Positions 38,240-52,099 of a stretch of DNA of 64,000 nt are shown here, in pieces; position 1 is the stretch's first letter, and each line of letters starts with the position of its first letter. The DNA is from Felis catus. Its lineage: Eukaryota. The stretch lies in NCBI RefSeq assembly GCF_018350175.1, contig NC_058368.1, positions 135,348,001 to 135,412,000 on the forward strand, given 5' to 3'. A program made the translations under genes and the position numbers. The notes beneath the pieces were generated by a model, which did not search any database, was not told the DNA's origin, and saw only the letters and a program-made list of their open reading frames with translations.

Positions 38240-38540
38240 GTGTCAGTTAGCGTCCCAGCAGGAAACAGCACTGTCAAATTGGGTAATTTGAGGAGAGTTT
38301 AATTAAGGGACTATTTACGAAGGAAAAAAAACCCACCAGAAATGGTGTGTAACCTCAGAACTAGGAAGAGTAGGGCACTGTTACCACTCTGGGCCTAAGC
38401 AGCAGAATCCAGAGACAAAGCCATGTGAAGCTGACAGGAGCTGAGACCCTCGGCTTAGGGAAGAACCCAGCACACCGTGAGCACACAGGGAGGGGGCCAA
38501 GGAAATGAAACCAACCCACTTCAGGGTTATTGATAAGAAG
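38240..38540 (-). mobile_element. ERVL LTR (LTR33-like)
   Basis: TGTCAGTTAGCGTCCCAGCAGGAAACAG..GGGTAATTTGAGGAGAGTTTAATTAAGGGACTATTTAC. Confidence 0.7.
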
Positions 38541-39334
38541 ACAAAATTTGCCAAACTGCTCAAAAGAAGAGAATGTGGGGTGGTAGAAATCAGATTCTAA
38601 TTAATTTAGGCTCTCCTTGCTTTGCATGGCTTTTATTCAATATATTAATTTTTTCCTCATTGTTTGCCTACTAAGTCATCCCATACACTGGTCATCTAAG
38701 AACCATCTTCGCTGTAGCCCATAACTATGATGAGCTTATTTTCCCAAGTAAATATTAAAATTTACCACCTTGACATGTGCTAAGCTGGAAAACATACGGT
38801 CACCATGGTTATGATACATACAGAAGCACACTAGGGGTAACAGCATCCACAATAATAGCCAAAAATAATCTCTCAAAAGCCTCTCCTTAACCCATGAACC
38901 TGTTCTCCAGGAAACTTGATTCCTGTGATCAGAGTGGTTCAGAGTTAAGTTCAGACAAATGGGGGCATTTGTCACTTCCTTTGCACTTTCATCCTTCTGC
39001 GTCCCCATATCCAACAATCCCCCCTCTTCCACCCTGAAACAACACAGCAGACATGACCAACACAAACCAATGCCCTCCGCTCTGCTTCCAAGCCGGGAAC
39101 TTCTCCACTTGTGGTCGCTGCACAAAAGCAATGGCTTTATTTGCAGAGCGGTAACCCCCGCTGCCCAGATGGCTGAGACCACCATCGCTGAGAAAGGCCC
39201 TTTGGTTGTCAACCTTTCATCTGCTCTCCACTGCAACGGATATGCAAGTCTTCACCCCTCTAGTCTCTTTCCAAGGCCCAAGTCAGTGACAAGAAGCACT
39301 TGGAAAGCCACGTGCTGTCTTGTGTGGCTGTAGA

Positions 39335-39720
39335 GAAAGTTCTGGGGAGGAGGAATAAGACTGGGCCCAACTGAAAGGGCAGAATTGATCATCCTCCATC
39401 CACTGGGTTTGTAGTTGGATACAAGGCAAAGGATTTGTGTAACCTTTCCTGTTGGTAATGGGGAGCTATCACCAGTTTTTAAGCAGGAATGTGGATTAAT
39501 CAAAGCTAATTTTGATGACCATGTGGATGAAATGGGCGGGGTAGGGACATAAGACTACTGATGGGACACCAGGTGAAAGAAGATGACAACCCATGGCAGT
39601 GTCCATAGACAAAGAGACAACAATAGAGAATATCTGGAAAGAAAACTGTTCAACATAATCAAATGAGGTCATGAAGCTAAAGAGAATAAGATTTTTTGAA
39701 TTTAGCTATTTGACTTTGGG
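39335..39720 (-). mobile_element. L2 fragment
   Basis: TGGTAATGGGGAGCTATCACCAGTTTTTAAGCAGG. Confidence 0.6.
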
Positions 39721-40069
39721 GTTGGTATTAAGAAACTTAAAAAGACATGATCCCTTTTCTCAGGAAATTTTACTCTAGTTGAGGAGCTCAAAAAATGTTA
39801 CTGCAAAAAGTATCTAGAACACAGTTCAATGTCTATGAAATATTTGTTAAATGACTAAGAAGATATTTTTGATCTTTTTTTCTTTTTTCCTTCCAGCCTC
39901 TTCACTATTCTTCCTAGAAACCTGTCTCTTCCCGGGAGACAACAGACTGACACAAAAATCAGTAATTTAGTTTATGAGTTCCTTTAATTTAAAGATATGT
40001 TTCTTTCTTTGTGCTGGTTTGAGCCTCACTTACCATGTTAAGTGGTGGGTTTTATTTTCTTTTCCTTTA

Positions 40070-40326
40070 TTTACTTTTTAAATTATTTTAATATTTATTA
40101 AACATTAAATGTTTATTTAATTTATAAAATTAATTAAAGAGAGAGAGAGAGACACAGAATGTGAGTGGGGGAGGGGCAGAGAGAGAGGGAGACACAGAAT
40201 CCAAAGCAGGCTCCAGGCTCCGAGCTGTCAGCACAGAGCCCGACTCAGGGCTTGAACTCACGAACTGTAAGACCATGACCTGAGCCGAAGTCAGATGCCC
40301 GACTGACTGAGCCACCCAGGTGCCCC
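40070..40326 (-). mobile_element. Can-SINE
   Basis: GACTGAGCCACCCAGGTGCCCC end, GA tract, AT-rich tail. Confidence 0.95.
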
Positions 40327-42394
40327 TATTTTCTTTTATTTCAAAGACCACTCCACTGAGAGGAGGGAGATGGAATGGAGGCAGGAAGGTAAAAGATTCT
40401 CTACCCCTTTTCTGGTCCTGTTAAAATGCAACCCCATCTTCCAAGGGCCAAAGGATGGGTATTTACTCCTGGCAAGGCAAATTCTAACTCCACTGGAACA
40501 AAACTAGAAATATGCAGCCACAAATCGAATCTTTTCCCCAAAACACTAGGCTTAGGACTATGCGGTCAGCCGCATTCTTGGAAGACGTAGTTCCTCAAGG
40601 GAAGCTCACAATGCTCCAAGAAGAGATAATAAAGCTCTTGCTTCAATTATTTGCATTTAAGCACAAAATTCAGAGATGCCCAAGGTGTCAAGTTATTAAA
40701 CCGTAAGACTGAATCTGCAAAGCACACAGAAACAACCAAAACAAGAAACAAATCTGTTCTGATGTTATAAAGCAACTATCAGATATCATAACATCCTCTC
40801 GTGGTGTTCCGTTTTCTACCCTGAGTCTCTTTTCATGAAAATGTCCCAAACCACCTTGTGGAAATGTTTTACATGTCAACAGAGGCACAAACAGTAACCA
40901 GAGGAGACAAAGAAGAATCGAGCTCAGACTTACAGGTTTATATATAGAGTGGCCAGACATTCTTTTCCTTCTTCTGCCCTTTGCACTTGCATTCTCTAGA
41001 TCAAATGTCTAATTGTTATGCTGGATGCTCCAGTGCCTCTGAATACAAGGTATCACCTCCTGTTGAAACCCACATTGTCCTCCCCTGGTTTTTGGTAGTC
41101 TTCCCACCCTCTATTACTAGTGTAGCGGTGGATTTTGCTTTCATTTCTCAACTACATACACTAAATTCCATCCGGAGCACTTACTCGCCTGGCTTTTTTG
41201 GCATCTTTCCACGTGCGTCTGCATTCCTGTAAGGGTAACATCTTCATCCCCTTCCATTGCCCCTCTTTTCCATTTCCTATGATTTTCTCCGTTTTTGTTC
41301 TTTGGCCAACCCTCCCTGCAGCTACATGTGTTTTCAAATCTGCCCTGTATTTTTAAATTATCCTGGTATTCTTAGCCTTTGGGCTTTCAGGACTCATTCA
41401 AACTCTCTCATCTTTCTTCTGCCGCCTTTCCAATTATTTCTGGGTTTCATTTTGCATGGTCTACCCATAACTTCATCTTAAGTAAAACTGACTTTCTCAA
41501 CAGTGAAATGCTTTACCCGAGTAGATGGTTTCTGTAACCTGTCCTTGAAGCACAAATTCAAAGTCTTCCTGGTGAGTGAGCCACCCAACCACTTGCTTCC
41601 AGTCTGACTTATCCGGAGTTCTATTATCTCCTCTTGTTGTTGGTAATACAGACCAGCTTCCCCTACTAGAAAATGTTCCCAAGAATGGGGAATTTACGCC
41701 AAGAGTGAGACTGTACCAATGACGAGTTACCTGCATCTCTGCTCCTAGTAGTCTATATTGCTTGCCTTCCCACAATCTAATCATCCTTCCCAAAAGGAAT
41801 GTCTGAGCTTTGCACAGGCACATACACGGAACACACAGATTCACAGTGGAAGCCTGCTAGTGAAAATTAACCAGTGACTATCCTACAATCCGTGTGAATT
41901 GTCTTCATATTGGTCTTGATGATCAATAGTCAGACATGTGAATTCAGTTACTTAGGACTCATCTTCCTTCTCTGTTTTGTGAGCTGACACATCTTGATGA
42001 AAGCCCTCACTTAGTCGGGACAGTTTTGGCATCTCGATGAGTACAGTATAAGACCATTTTTAACTCCCATTTAGTTTTAGTTCAAAACACAAATTTTAAA
42101 TGCCACAAAAAAGCAGATTTGTGGATCATTCTGCCTAATGCTCTGCTTATGATAACAACACTACAGACATATGCTAAGATATTCCTACCTCAAAAAAAAA
42201 AAAAGACCATAATATAAGAACATTCATAAGAAGCCAATTTGAACCCAGGCATCAAATTCCCTTCTTCCTTCTATTCCCACTGAAATAGCCAACGAAAATT
42301 AAAATCGGGGAGGAAACATCTATGTCAGCCCTGGAAAACAGGGAAAGTTGTGACAAATATTTGACCCCCAAAAAATTGTTGTGACCTTATTTAC

Positions 42395-42770
42395 TAAGAG
42401 GAAATAACATAGCAAAATTGACTCAAGAAGAGATAAGAAATACAAATAAGTTAATACCATCAAAGATACTAAAAATACCATTGAGAAATTGTCAAATCAT
42501 AGAGGGCATTTGGCCTAGAATGTTTTGCAAGCCTTCAAGGAACAGGAAATTTTAATGCTATTTAATCTGTTAAGGAGACTAGCAAAAAGATCAAAATTTT
42601 CCAATTCAATTTTAAAAACCAACTAGCATAACCCTGGCACCAAATATCTGGCAAATACAGCACAGAAATCTATAGACCAACATCGCTTAGGAATGCTCAT
42701 GCAAATATTTTAAGAATTATTAGCAAATGAAATCAGCAACATGTCTTAAAAATAATAAACCATAACTGAT
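42395..42770 (+). mobile_element. Old L1 ORF2 fragment
   Basis: CTAGCATAACCCTGGCACCAAA..CTATAGACCAACATCGCTTAGGAAT..ATGCAAATATT (RT-region remnant). Confidence 0.75.
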
Positions 42771-42774
42771 ATAC

Positions 42775-42980
42775 ATTAAAGATGACTCCAAGTTCTTTGC
42801 TGTTTCTCCCATTGGGAGGTAGAGCCTAATTCCCTTCCACTTGAATCTGGGCTGACCTTGGCAACTTGCTTGACCAAGAGAACCTAGCAGAACTTCTGGG
42901 GTTAGGTCATAAGGAGTCCTGCAGCTTCCACGTCTGTTGAAAAAGCAAACTGCATGACAGTATAGGTAGCTTGAGTCCAC
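42775..42980 (+). mobile_element. MLT1 LTR 5' fragment
   Basis: TTCTTTGCTGTTTCTCCCATTGGGAGGTAGAG..CTTGAATCTGGGCTGACCTTG. Confidence 0.75.
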
Positions 42981-43477
42981 ATGGGTAAATTAAAGAAACA
43001 AACGGTAAAATAAAGTAAAAGCTACTTCCCAAAATACCAATAGCTATTCTAAGAGATTATAGGGTGTTTTTTAATTTTTAACAATTTTGCCTATATGATT
43101 TTTCTAATTTTTCTCTGATGGCCATATGTCATTTTTGTGATTTAAAACAAAGAGTGTGGGCATATTTCTTAAATTGACCTAACTGCTTCTTAGATGAAAG
43201 AATTTCATGATTTTACTATAAATGTGTAAAACCACACTTCCTTTGGTTCTTTAAACTACTTTTAGTATATGTTCCTTATTTTTCTGAGGCATTACTCACC
43301 TGATTCATTCCCTTCATGACACTGGACATCTTTAATGACATCCCACTCCCCCTCCATCTTCCCAGATTGGGAACATTAAGTAGTCACCTCATCCTCATAC
43401 AGAAGCACTCATTTGCCCCATCTCTGTTTTTACTGCATCATTAAAAAGACCACGTGGCCAGAAATTAGCACTTTAAG

Positions 43478-43963
43478 GACAGTCCCTGACTTACTATCAT
43501 TCAACTCACAACTTTTCCACTTTGCGACGGTGTGACAGCTACATGCATTTAGTAGAAACCGTACTTCCAATTTTGAATTCTGATCTTTTCCTGGGCTAGG
43601 GGTATTCAGTACAATCCTCTCTCTTCATGACGCTGGGCCCTGGCAGCAAGCCACAGCTCCCAGTCAGCCACAAGAGCGTGAGGGTAAGCAAGCCAGATAC
43701 TGACAACTATTCTGTTTCTCACGTTCAGTACCATATTCAACAAATTACAGGAGAGTCAACACTTTACTATAAAATAGGCTTTGTGTTAGATGATTTGCCC
43801 AACTGTAGGCTAAATGTAAGTATTCCAAGCACACTTAAGGCAGCCAGATTAAGCTCTGATGTTGGGTAGGTCAGGTGTGTTACATGCATTTTGACTTAGG
43901 ATATTTTCAACCCCCTGTCACTTTACCACAACGTAACCCCGTCATTAGTCAAAGAAGATCTGT
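43478..43963 (-). mobile_element. MER47/Tigger5-family TcMar element
   Basis: GTCCCTGACTTAC..AGTAGAAACCGTACTTC..AAAATAGGCTTTGTGTTAGATGATTTGCCCAACTGTAGGCTAA..ATCTGTA. Confidence 0.85.
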
Positions 43964-44057
43964 ATTCTCAAATTATTTTTCCCTTATTTGTACTATATAA
44001 AAATAATAGCCCCAAATGTAAAATATCCTCAATATAATTTATAAAAATATTTATTAT

Positions 44058-44277
44058 GGGGCGCCTAGGCGGCTCAGTCGGCTGAGCCTCTGACTTCAGC
44101 TCAGGTCGTGATCTCGCAGTTCGTGGGTTCGAGCCCCATGTCAGGCTCTGTGCTGACAGCTCAGATCCTGAAGCCTACTTCAGATTCTGTGTGTGTGTGT
44201 GTCTCTCTCTCTGCCCCTCCCCCACTCATACTCTGTCTCTCTCTGTCTCAAAAATGTACATTGAAAAGAAAATTTAA

Positions 44278-44313
<36 letters not shown>
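44058..44313 (+). mobile_element. Can-SINE with (TA)n(GA)n tail
   Basis: GGGGCGCCTAGGCGGCTCAG start. Confidence 0.95.
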
Positions 44314-45979
44314 CGAGCACGCGCCAAATACGTGTATGGATTACTTCTTCACTATCCAGTGGGAAAGCAAATCTTTCTTTAGGGTCAATTTCAGTGACAA
44401 CATCTATAACACTATAGCTTTTTACCTCCCAAATAGGCATAGATTTCTCTAGACTGCACAGATGGATCTGTATCTAAATTCACAAGGAAGGCCTTTTGTG
44501 AATCAATAAGTGCTATCCTGGTGTCATTTTTCTTGCTGTCAAAATGCCACAGTAAAGGGGAAAAGGTCCAAACTCAGCCTGTGTAAATTGTTAGTTTTAG
44601 GCTTTTCCCAAATTACTTGGGGGCTTGGGGAGGGACGTGAGCATGCGCACGCACATACACACAGAATTTCTGAAATGGTCTCGTCAATGTGCAAAGCTAC
44701 CAGGAACAAAAAGAAAGTCCACTGTTTGATTTTGGATAAAAGAGCCTGAGAGTGGGGAGGAAACAGGGCAAAACCACGTAGTAGACAAACAGGAAGAAAG
44801 TTGAGAGAAGGTGGCAAAGGACACAACTCAGCTGCTAATCAAGCAGCTCCTATGGAGAAGAAGACGAGGCTGGTCGCACAGCTGTGAGCCATTCGGATTG
44901 TCAGTATGACACTTGCTCACACAGGCTGGTGACAAGTGCACTCTTCTGCATGCACTGTCTAACATCACACAGAAAAGGAATTATTAACCCCTCACTTCAC
45001 CTTCATTTCTTCTCACCCAATATGCCACACTCTCTGAATACAGCCCCATTTCTCTCCACTTCGTCTTACCCATTGGTGTATGAGTGATTATGTTTAATAG
45101 AAAAAAGTATCTTTTGGTCCCTTTTGCTTCCTCTGTAAGCCTTTCAGAATAGAGCAAAAATCCCATCACATACCATATGAGTCCTTCCAAACCAGGCCCA
45201 GCCTCCCCTCCATGATTCACATTATTCCAACTCCCAAGTTGTTCTCTCCTCAAAGAACCCCTCCCTTGTCTTTACTGACCATCCTTCCTATAACAGTCTT
45301 TAGCTTCCCATGCCCACTTGCCCAAATACCACCCACCCTTCTTTAAGACCAATTTCCCCAACTGAGACTAAGTAATCAACTTCTTCCTCTTTCCCTTTCT
45401 ATTCTCCAAGCACTTTAGGTAGACCTCAATAAATCTGTTAGCACAATGAAACAATAATACAGAGCATTCATTAAATAGAGGGTATGGTGTTGAGCACTCA
45501 TCCTAAATAGAGATCGTTAGGTTGTGGGAAAGAGAAATCTGCTGGAACCAAGAAAAGGGGGAATTATTTTAACACATCAAGAAACCCAGGGCAAGATATA
45601 TGATCACGCTTCTAGAGGGACTGGAAAGTGATCAGAAATCAAAGAAGCGACTCGCATACTCACTCGCTCACTCAGGCGTGCATGTGCTTTCTCTCTCTCT
45701 CTCTCTTTCTGTCTCTACCTATCTTTCTGCCCACCTCCAACTCTTTCAATCTCTCCCCCACCCTTCATTTAGCAATGCTTCTTCCTGGTTGCTGGGTGCT
45801 ACAGTGGAGACAGTTGTGAAGATCCTCCTTCCCCCCCACCACCAGCCACTACAGAACCATTTAAATGACTCCACTTTTATTTAGCAGTGTTGAGTGAATA
45901 TTTTTTGTGTGTGCAGATCATTATGTATAACAAATGATTTTTTCAAAAAGAGCAAAAGGAGATTGTTTGTATTAGGTAA

Positions 45980-46160
45980 ACATACCCTAATTAATCAAGT
46001 CTAAGGTTCCATTGATTGTGAGATTCACCTCCATTTTTTATGCATCATCAAGAAAGAAAAAAACTACCCTTTATCGTTATTAAGAAGCTGTCAATTTTAA
46101 GACATCCTTATTTTTAGATATGTTAAAATGTAAAACAATAACTCTTAATGAAATGTTATA
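45980..46160. mobile_element. MER104/Kanga-like TcMar fossil
   Basis: CCATTGATTGTGAGATTCACC..AAGACATCC..ATGTTAAAATGT. Confidence 0.5.
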
Positions 46161-46774
46161 TAGAAAATGAGGTATAAGCTGCCTTTGTATAGCACCTAAG
46201 ATCTCAAAACAAGAGGCTGTTTATGCCAACTTCCAGGGAAAAGCCCCAAATCACCAGTTTACTCCTACATAGGCCCCCAGTGGAGGACCTAGTAGCTGGG
46301 GCTCATACCAGAAACTGTCAGAAACCACATGCATTCATCTGAAAGACGACATCCATGATGGTAAGTCCGTAATTAAAAGCCTTTGGGGTCAGGACATATA
46401 GACTACCCAGATAAGACCTGCAAAGAGGTCAGAGGTTTCTTGTCACAGGTTTCTGACCCTGGAGCAGAAGAAAGATTGATTCCTCACTGTCTACCCCTTG
46501 ATTCCTGAAGCAACTCAGTCTGGGTCCAGATGTTCAGACAAAGGGAAACCTTCAACCTCACCACCAATGGTAGACATCTCTTCTCCCTGCTACTCTCCCT
46601 CCCCTCAGGCAACCCATGTGGTGGGCCTGGATAGTGGTGACTGCCGCCCATTTCAGGCCGGGCTTCGTGCTCCACAGCCTGACCCTGAGCTCTTGTCAAG
46701 GCCAGTCATTGAACTGAGGACTAGGAGGATGGCATCTGGAACTCTTCCCAGAACCCAACTCTCTCCTTAAAGTG

Positions 46775-47200
46775 GCTTTATTGTCATTCATTATTGCTTC
46801 TAAGATCCATCCACGTTGTTGCATGTGCCTATAGTTCATTTATATCCACCCCTGCACATTACTCTGCCACGTAAATGCACCACAGTTTATCCACCTGGCT
46901 TCCCATAACCATTTGTTTGCTCTCCTTTATTTCTTTAATTTTTCTTCTGTTGTGAACAGAGATGCTAGAAGTTCTTATACATGTCTGCTCAGGCACACAT
47001 GCAAATGTTTTTCTGGAGTATATACCCAGAAGTGGATCGCAGGACTCATATTCAGCTTCACAAGATAAGGCCAGGGGTCATTCCAATTTACCCTCTAATA
47101 GGAGATATATGAGTTCCCATTACTTCAAACTTCACCAACTAATTGAAATTGTCAGACTTTCTGATTTTTGCCTATCTAGTAGAATGAAGGAAATGATATA
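46775..47200 (-). mobile_element. Old L1 3' fragment
   Basis: AGATCCATCCACGTTGTTGCATGTG..GAGTATATACCCAGAAGTGGA. Confidence 0.75.
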
Positions 47201-47554
47201 CAGCATATCATCATTTTTACAAAGTTCAAAATTAATAGTGAGTAATAAATTTTTAGGTATAGTATATATGCTTGTGATAAAACTATTTTAAAAAAGGAAT
47301 GATAAATATAAAATTCAAGATTGTAATTACCTCTAAAAAGAGGCAAGAAAATTTGGATTACTATATCTATATAGTTCATACCTATATAATGTACATACAA
47401 TATATGTACAATATACATATTGTTTTTACTATTTTAAATAACAAAATAAAATATTTTCATTGCTTTATTTACTGTTCCCACAAGACTAAAACAATGGTTG
47501 CAGATACCTGTGAAACTACATTCTTACAGTCTCATTACCAGAAAAAAAGATTCT

Positions 47555-47720
47555 TCCCTTCTAGCTCCAGACTGAAAAAAAAACATCTCAGGGAAGGACT
47601 CTGACTGGCTCAGACTAGATCACGTGCCCATCTCTGAACCAATCAGTATGGCCAGGGGTGATAAATCCCAGGATTGATCTATCTTGTGTCTATCTATGTG
47701 GCCAGAGGGATAGAATCTGT
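47555..47720 (-). mobile_element. MLT1 LTR fragment
   Basis: CAGGGAAGGACTCTGACTGGC..TCACGTGCCCATCTCTGAACCAATCAGTATGGCCAGGGG. Confidence 0.7.
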
Positions 47721-50700
47721 TGCTATAAAGTGTGGGTAGAAGGGTACGAAAACGCAAAGCATAACAAACACCATCTGATAGATGTCAGAGCTGAGATTCA
47801 AACCCTGATCTGCATGACTCTGGGACCTAGACATTAACCATTTCAGTTCTAGCTCCTACTAGATTAAAATGTGAGTTTTCTCTAGTGTCAGGCCAGGATT
47901 TTCTTAACGTCTGGGACCCTGTCTTATTTATCTTTGTCCCTCCAGCTCCTAGAAATACTACCTGGCACTTTTTAGGTGTTTTGTGGAATTAAATCCCTGA
48001 ACTACAAATTGCTTATTTGAACATATTCTTAAATCAACACGGATGTGACCATTTCTGAGACCAGCTGTGTGGGTCTTGCGCTCAGAAGGGAACAGATGGG
48101 GATTTGAAGAGTGGGAGGGGGTGGAACATTTTAATTTCGAGAACACTTTAGCACCACAAAAAATCAAAAGGGAAATAGAAATACTAGAAATTTTATACTC
48201 AAAGCAAAATTGCCTGATGATCAGAAGTGAGCATAAGAGTAACAATGAGTAGCTAGCATACATTTTTCTTATTGAGAAAATCATGACCTTTTAGATTTGT
48301 TATTTCTATTAGATTCTCTAATAACCTTTAGAGAAAGGAAAGAAGGATTGGGTGGGGCTAACAGAAGACCTTTCCTTTGACTGTATCCTTAAAATTATTA
48401 TAACAAAAATGTACTCATAAGATTATTTGCAAATTTAAACATAATCACTACCTAAATACATGTTTTAAGTTTTGGCAATAATTAGCAGTTTTCTGTCTCT
48501 TTCCACTTCCCACAACTGTGATGTGTGATCATTTGAGAAATGATCTTTATCTTCATTTATTTTCCTTTGGGGCATGTTGGTTTTTATCTTTTTTCTTCCA
48601 TAGAATCATGTCTTTTCCTAGAATTTGTCTTTTACGTTCCTTTGTGCAGCCTAAAATAAAACAAACCAAAAACCATTTCTTTGTTAAGTACAATCTTCTC
48701 TTTTGTCACTATTCATTTTGTCTCGCTTTGGAATGCTTCTAGTCTCCTCTGGACTTTGCATCTACATACTTAAACTTTTATCTTCATTTCAGGCTTTCTT
48801 TTGTTCTCCTTTCTTTGTTTCACACACACATTTAAAAAAAAAATACTTCACTTTAAATGACTCACCATTGTATTGCTTCCCTGGCTTGCACAGCCATTAA
48901 GTTGAATATAGTCTATTAATTTAGAGTTGTGTTGTGCTGTCTCAGTTGAGGCTGCTTCTAATTTTGCTGAAGGATCTGTATGTGGCTGCAATTAATTTAT
49001 TTTTAAACATTTTCTTTCTTTCCCTCTGTCCTCTTTTCTGTATTATCCAATCTGATATCCACCAGAGCATTATACACTGATCCAAAGTTTGCCCCATTCC
49101 AAATTTCAACTTTTTCTTTTTTTTCCCTCCTATTAGAGTTGTTTTGTTTCTAATTACAATCCAGCTACCCACAGGCTTGTTTCACCAGAGGCCTTCCCAT
49201 CGGTGTTTATTCAGGTGATTCAGAAGTGAGTTTTATCCTGATTAACTTTAAAAAAGGAGAGGAGAGGAGAGAAATTGAAAATAATAATTGTTTCAGTCTT
49301 GAAACCAAATATTCCCTACTGGCTATGTATACTGCTAGGATTCTCTGGGGCCCTATTTAATCCTCCCACTGCTTTGCCTGTATTGACTTATGCAGAGTAG
49401 GTTCAAGACAGAAGTAGAAGTCCTAAGAGTCCTGACTCAAGGCCTATGGCCCCTTGTCCTAATTCTTTTCCTCTATCTCTTACTTAGCAAATCTACCCTT
49501 GTTCTTGGGGCAAAAGAAAGAAGTTCCCTTTTACCTTCTTTTCTTCTGGTCTAGTTGATGTAAGCAAAAGAGAGTATAGTCTAGCAGGGCTCTGGAGATT
49601 CTTCCCAGATGACCTGACAGTCTTGTCACAGGTGCAAGGTCTTCTAAACATTAACTCACAGAAAGCCATGGGGCAAAGAGCAAAAAATAGGTGTTTTATA
49701 GAATTAATTTAATCTCCAAACCACTGATTGCTTATTTGAACATTTTCTTATATCAACATGTACATGACCATGTCTGAGACTGGCTGTGTGGGTCAGGTGC
49801 TCACAAGAGAACACATGGGAATGAGAGCTCATCCCATGGAATATGAGAATGAGTAGGTCCATTGGTCTACCAAAGTGGGGGATGGAGTAAAAGCCACTCC
49901 TGCCATGGTCCTCTCTGGGCTACCCACCAGGTGTGAGATCCATGACTACAGTCATAAGTGACTTTTACTCCCCAAATGAGCTCTGTGGCCTCAGTTACAA
50001 AGAATGAAGCATTACTCAGCTAATTATAATGCAGTGCAATGCATTCGCTGCTTCAGGTATGAGACTAATAGCAACCTGAGATTAAAATCTCCAACAGACT
50101 GGTTTTCCCCATGCCTTGTGGAGACACAGAAAGGCCTATGGAAAAACAAAAAAACTTTGACATCGCAGAGAAGTTGGGTCCTGAATCAAGAGTCTGGTTG
50201 CGTGGCCCAGATAATGTGGAGCGCCGTGGTGGGCATGAGACTTCAGTGGAGGTTGAATCAGATGACTACACTTAAGTCTGCCTCCTACTCACAAGATTTT
50301 CCACTGTCACCCTTACCATGATTCACCCCAGTCCCAAGTACAGGACCAAATCCCCCAGAAAACCATGAATGTGTCCCTAAGTCTTTTCCAGGCAAAGCTA
50401 GTGCTTTCTGTTGGTTAGAACAAATGCCAATGAAGCCAAAGCTTGGGCAATACATGAGCCAGTTTCTCACAGGAGAGAATTCTATTCTGTAGTAAGAGAC
50501 TAAACCTTTAAGCCTAGCCAGACATTTTGCAACTACAAACGTAATAAAGTCAATTCTGTGTTCAATTATCTACTGTGTTAAAAAAGCTACTGTCACTTTA
50601 AATTCTGTGTCAGAACCAATCTCTAAAGAAGTCAGTTGCTGGAACAAAGTAGCCGGAGGCTATCTATAAAGAACCAGATAGAAAAGATTTCTTCTAAGAA

Positions 50701-51044
50701 AGCAAAAAAATTAAAAGTAACAAAATCTGAAAAACCTCCTATGATGAGAGCAAGCCAGACATGGGTGTATTCAAGTCTCTCTATTTCATAGATGCAAAGG
50801 AAAATTGAAGTACTTCTTGGTAGCTTCTAAATTCAGGGAAAAATTAAATTACACAAATATCAAAGGCAATTGTTGGAGGTGATGCTAAAAAGATGGTAAG
50901 GGAAGCTAAATCCCTTCTCCCTGAAAATCATCTCCTTCACCCTAGTGTGAACGTCCTCACAACTAATAAAGTAAGTGAAATACCTGAAAGAAACTACCAG
51001 GAAGTTGAGATCAAGATAAGAAGGGGGAATTTAAGAAGAAAAAA

Positions 51045-51520
51045 TTGCCTCCTTCACTGTGATAAAAGTGTAAACTGGTACATTTCTGGAAAGCAATTTG
51101 GCAACACACTCAACAAAGCCCTTCAAAATAAGCATTACCTTTGACTTAGTAACCCTACTTCCAAGCAACAATCCTAAGATAATAATAAAAATGGTGGAGA
51201 AATACGAATGCCACAGAATTATTTACAATGGTGAAAAATTAGACATCTAAATCTACTATGGAACAATCCATACTACAGAAAATTATGCAATTATTTAAAT
51301 TGTACCTTTCAGATTAGTCCGTATTATGCAAACACACTCGTGATATGTTAATTGAAAAGAAAGGGTGCAAAATCACATAAGTAGAATTACTGTAGGTTAG
51401 TTTATACGTATATTTTAGGAGGAAATACAACATTGCTAGTGGATACCATTTGACTGTGGAATCAAAGTTCGTGTTACCAAATTTCCCACATCAAACCAGT
51501 ATTACTTTGATAATCACCAA
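51045..51520 (+). mobile_element. Old L1 (L1ME-like) 3' fragment
   Basis: GTGTAAACTGGTACATTTCTGGAAAGCAATTTGGCA. Confidence 0.7.
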
Positions 51521-52099
51521 AAAGTTATTTTTTGAGAAAATTTAAAAGTTTTTAAATGGGGAGAGGGAGGAGCGGATCACAAAACTGTATGGGGGGAGGG
51601 GGAAGCCAAAATAAAATACTTAAACTATTACAATATGAATTTTTGTTAGCTTAGGATTATAGGTCACTGTATAATTTTTCGCTTTCTACTTTTTGGCATT
51701 TTCCTATTTTTCTTTAAAGAAAAGAAATCTCTTTCATACAGGAAAGATATTTTGAAAGAAAGAAAGAATGAGAGAAAGAAGAATGAAAGAAAGAAGAAAC
51801 ACCCTTCTCATTAAGGATAACAAAACCACGTAAGAAGTGAATCAGGGGCTTCCTTCTATTTGGTCTTTTATTGGAAGATGTAATAACATGAGGGTAACTT
51901 CATGTTGCTCCTAAAATGGGCTACCAAACCCAAAGTGAGTGAACCATAAAGATGGCACATCATAAAGAAAAACATAAAGTGAGGGGAGGGGGCAGCCTCT
52001 TACGAGAGAAGACCGACCTGGCTCAGCCACCCTTGTCCGATCCCCTCTCTCCAGCGTATACATGCAGACAGCTGGGGGATGCAGAGGACCTAAGAAGTA

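Noticed and set aside
38736..39333. Longest non-L1 ORFs (166 aa minus, 124 aa plus)
   Set aside because: No recognisable domain, overlapping antisense frames and no convincing splice structure; such lengths can arise by chance in 64 kb.
40512..40706. 64-aa ORF with a CxxC motif
   Set aside because: Short, with no second metal-binding pair and no recognisable homology.
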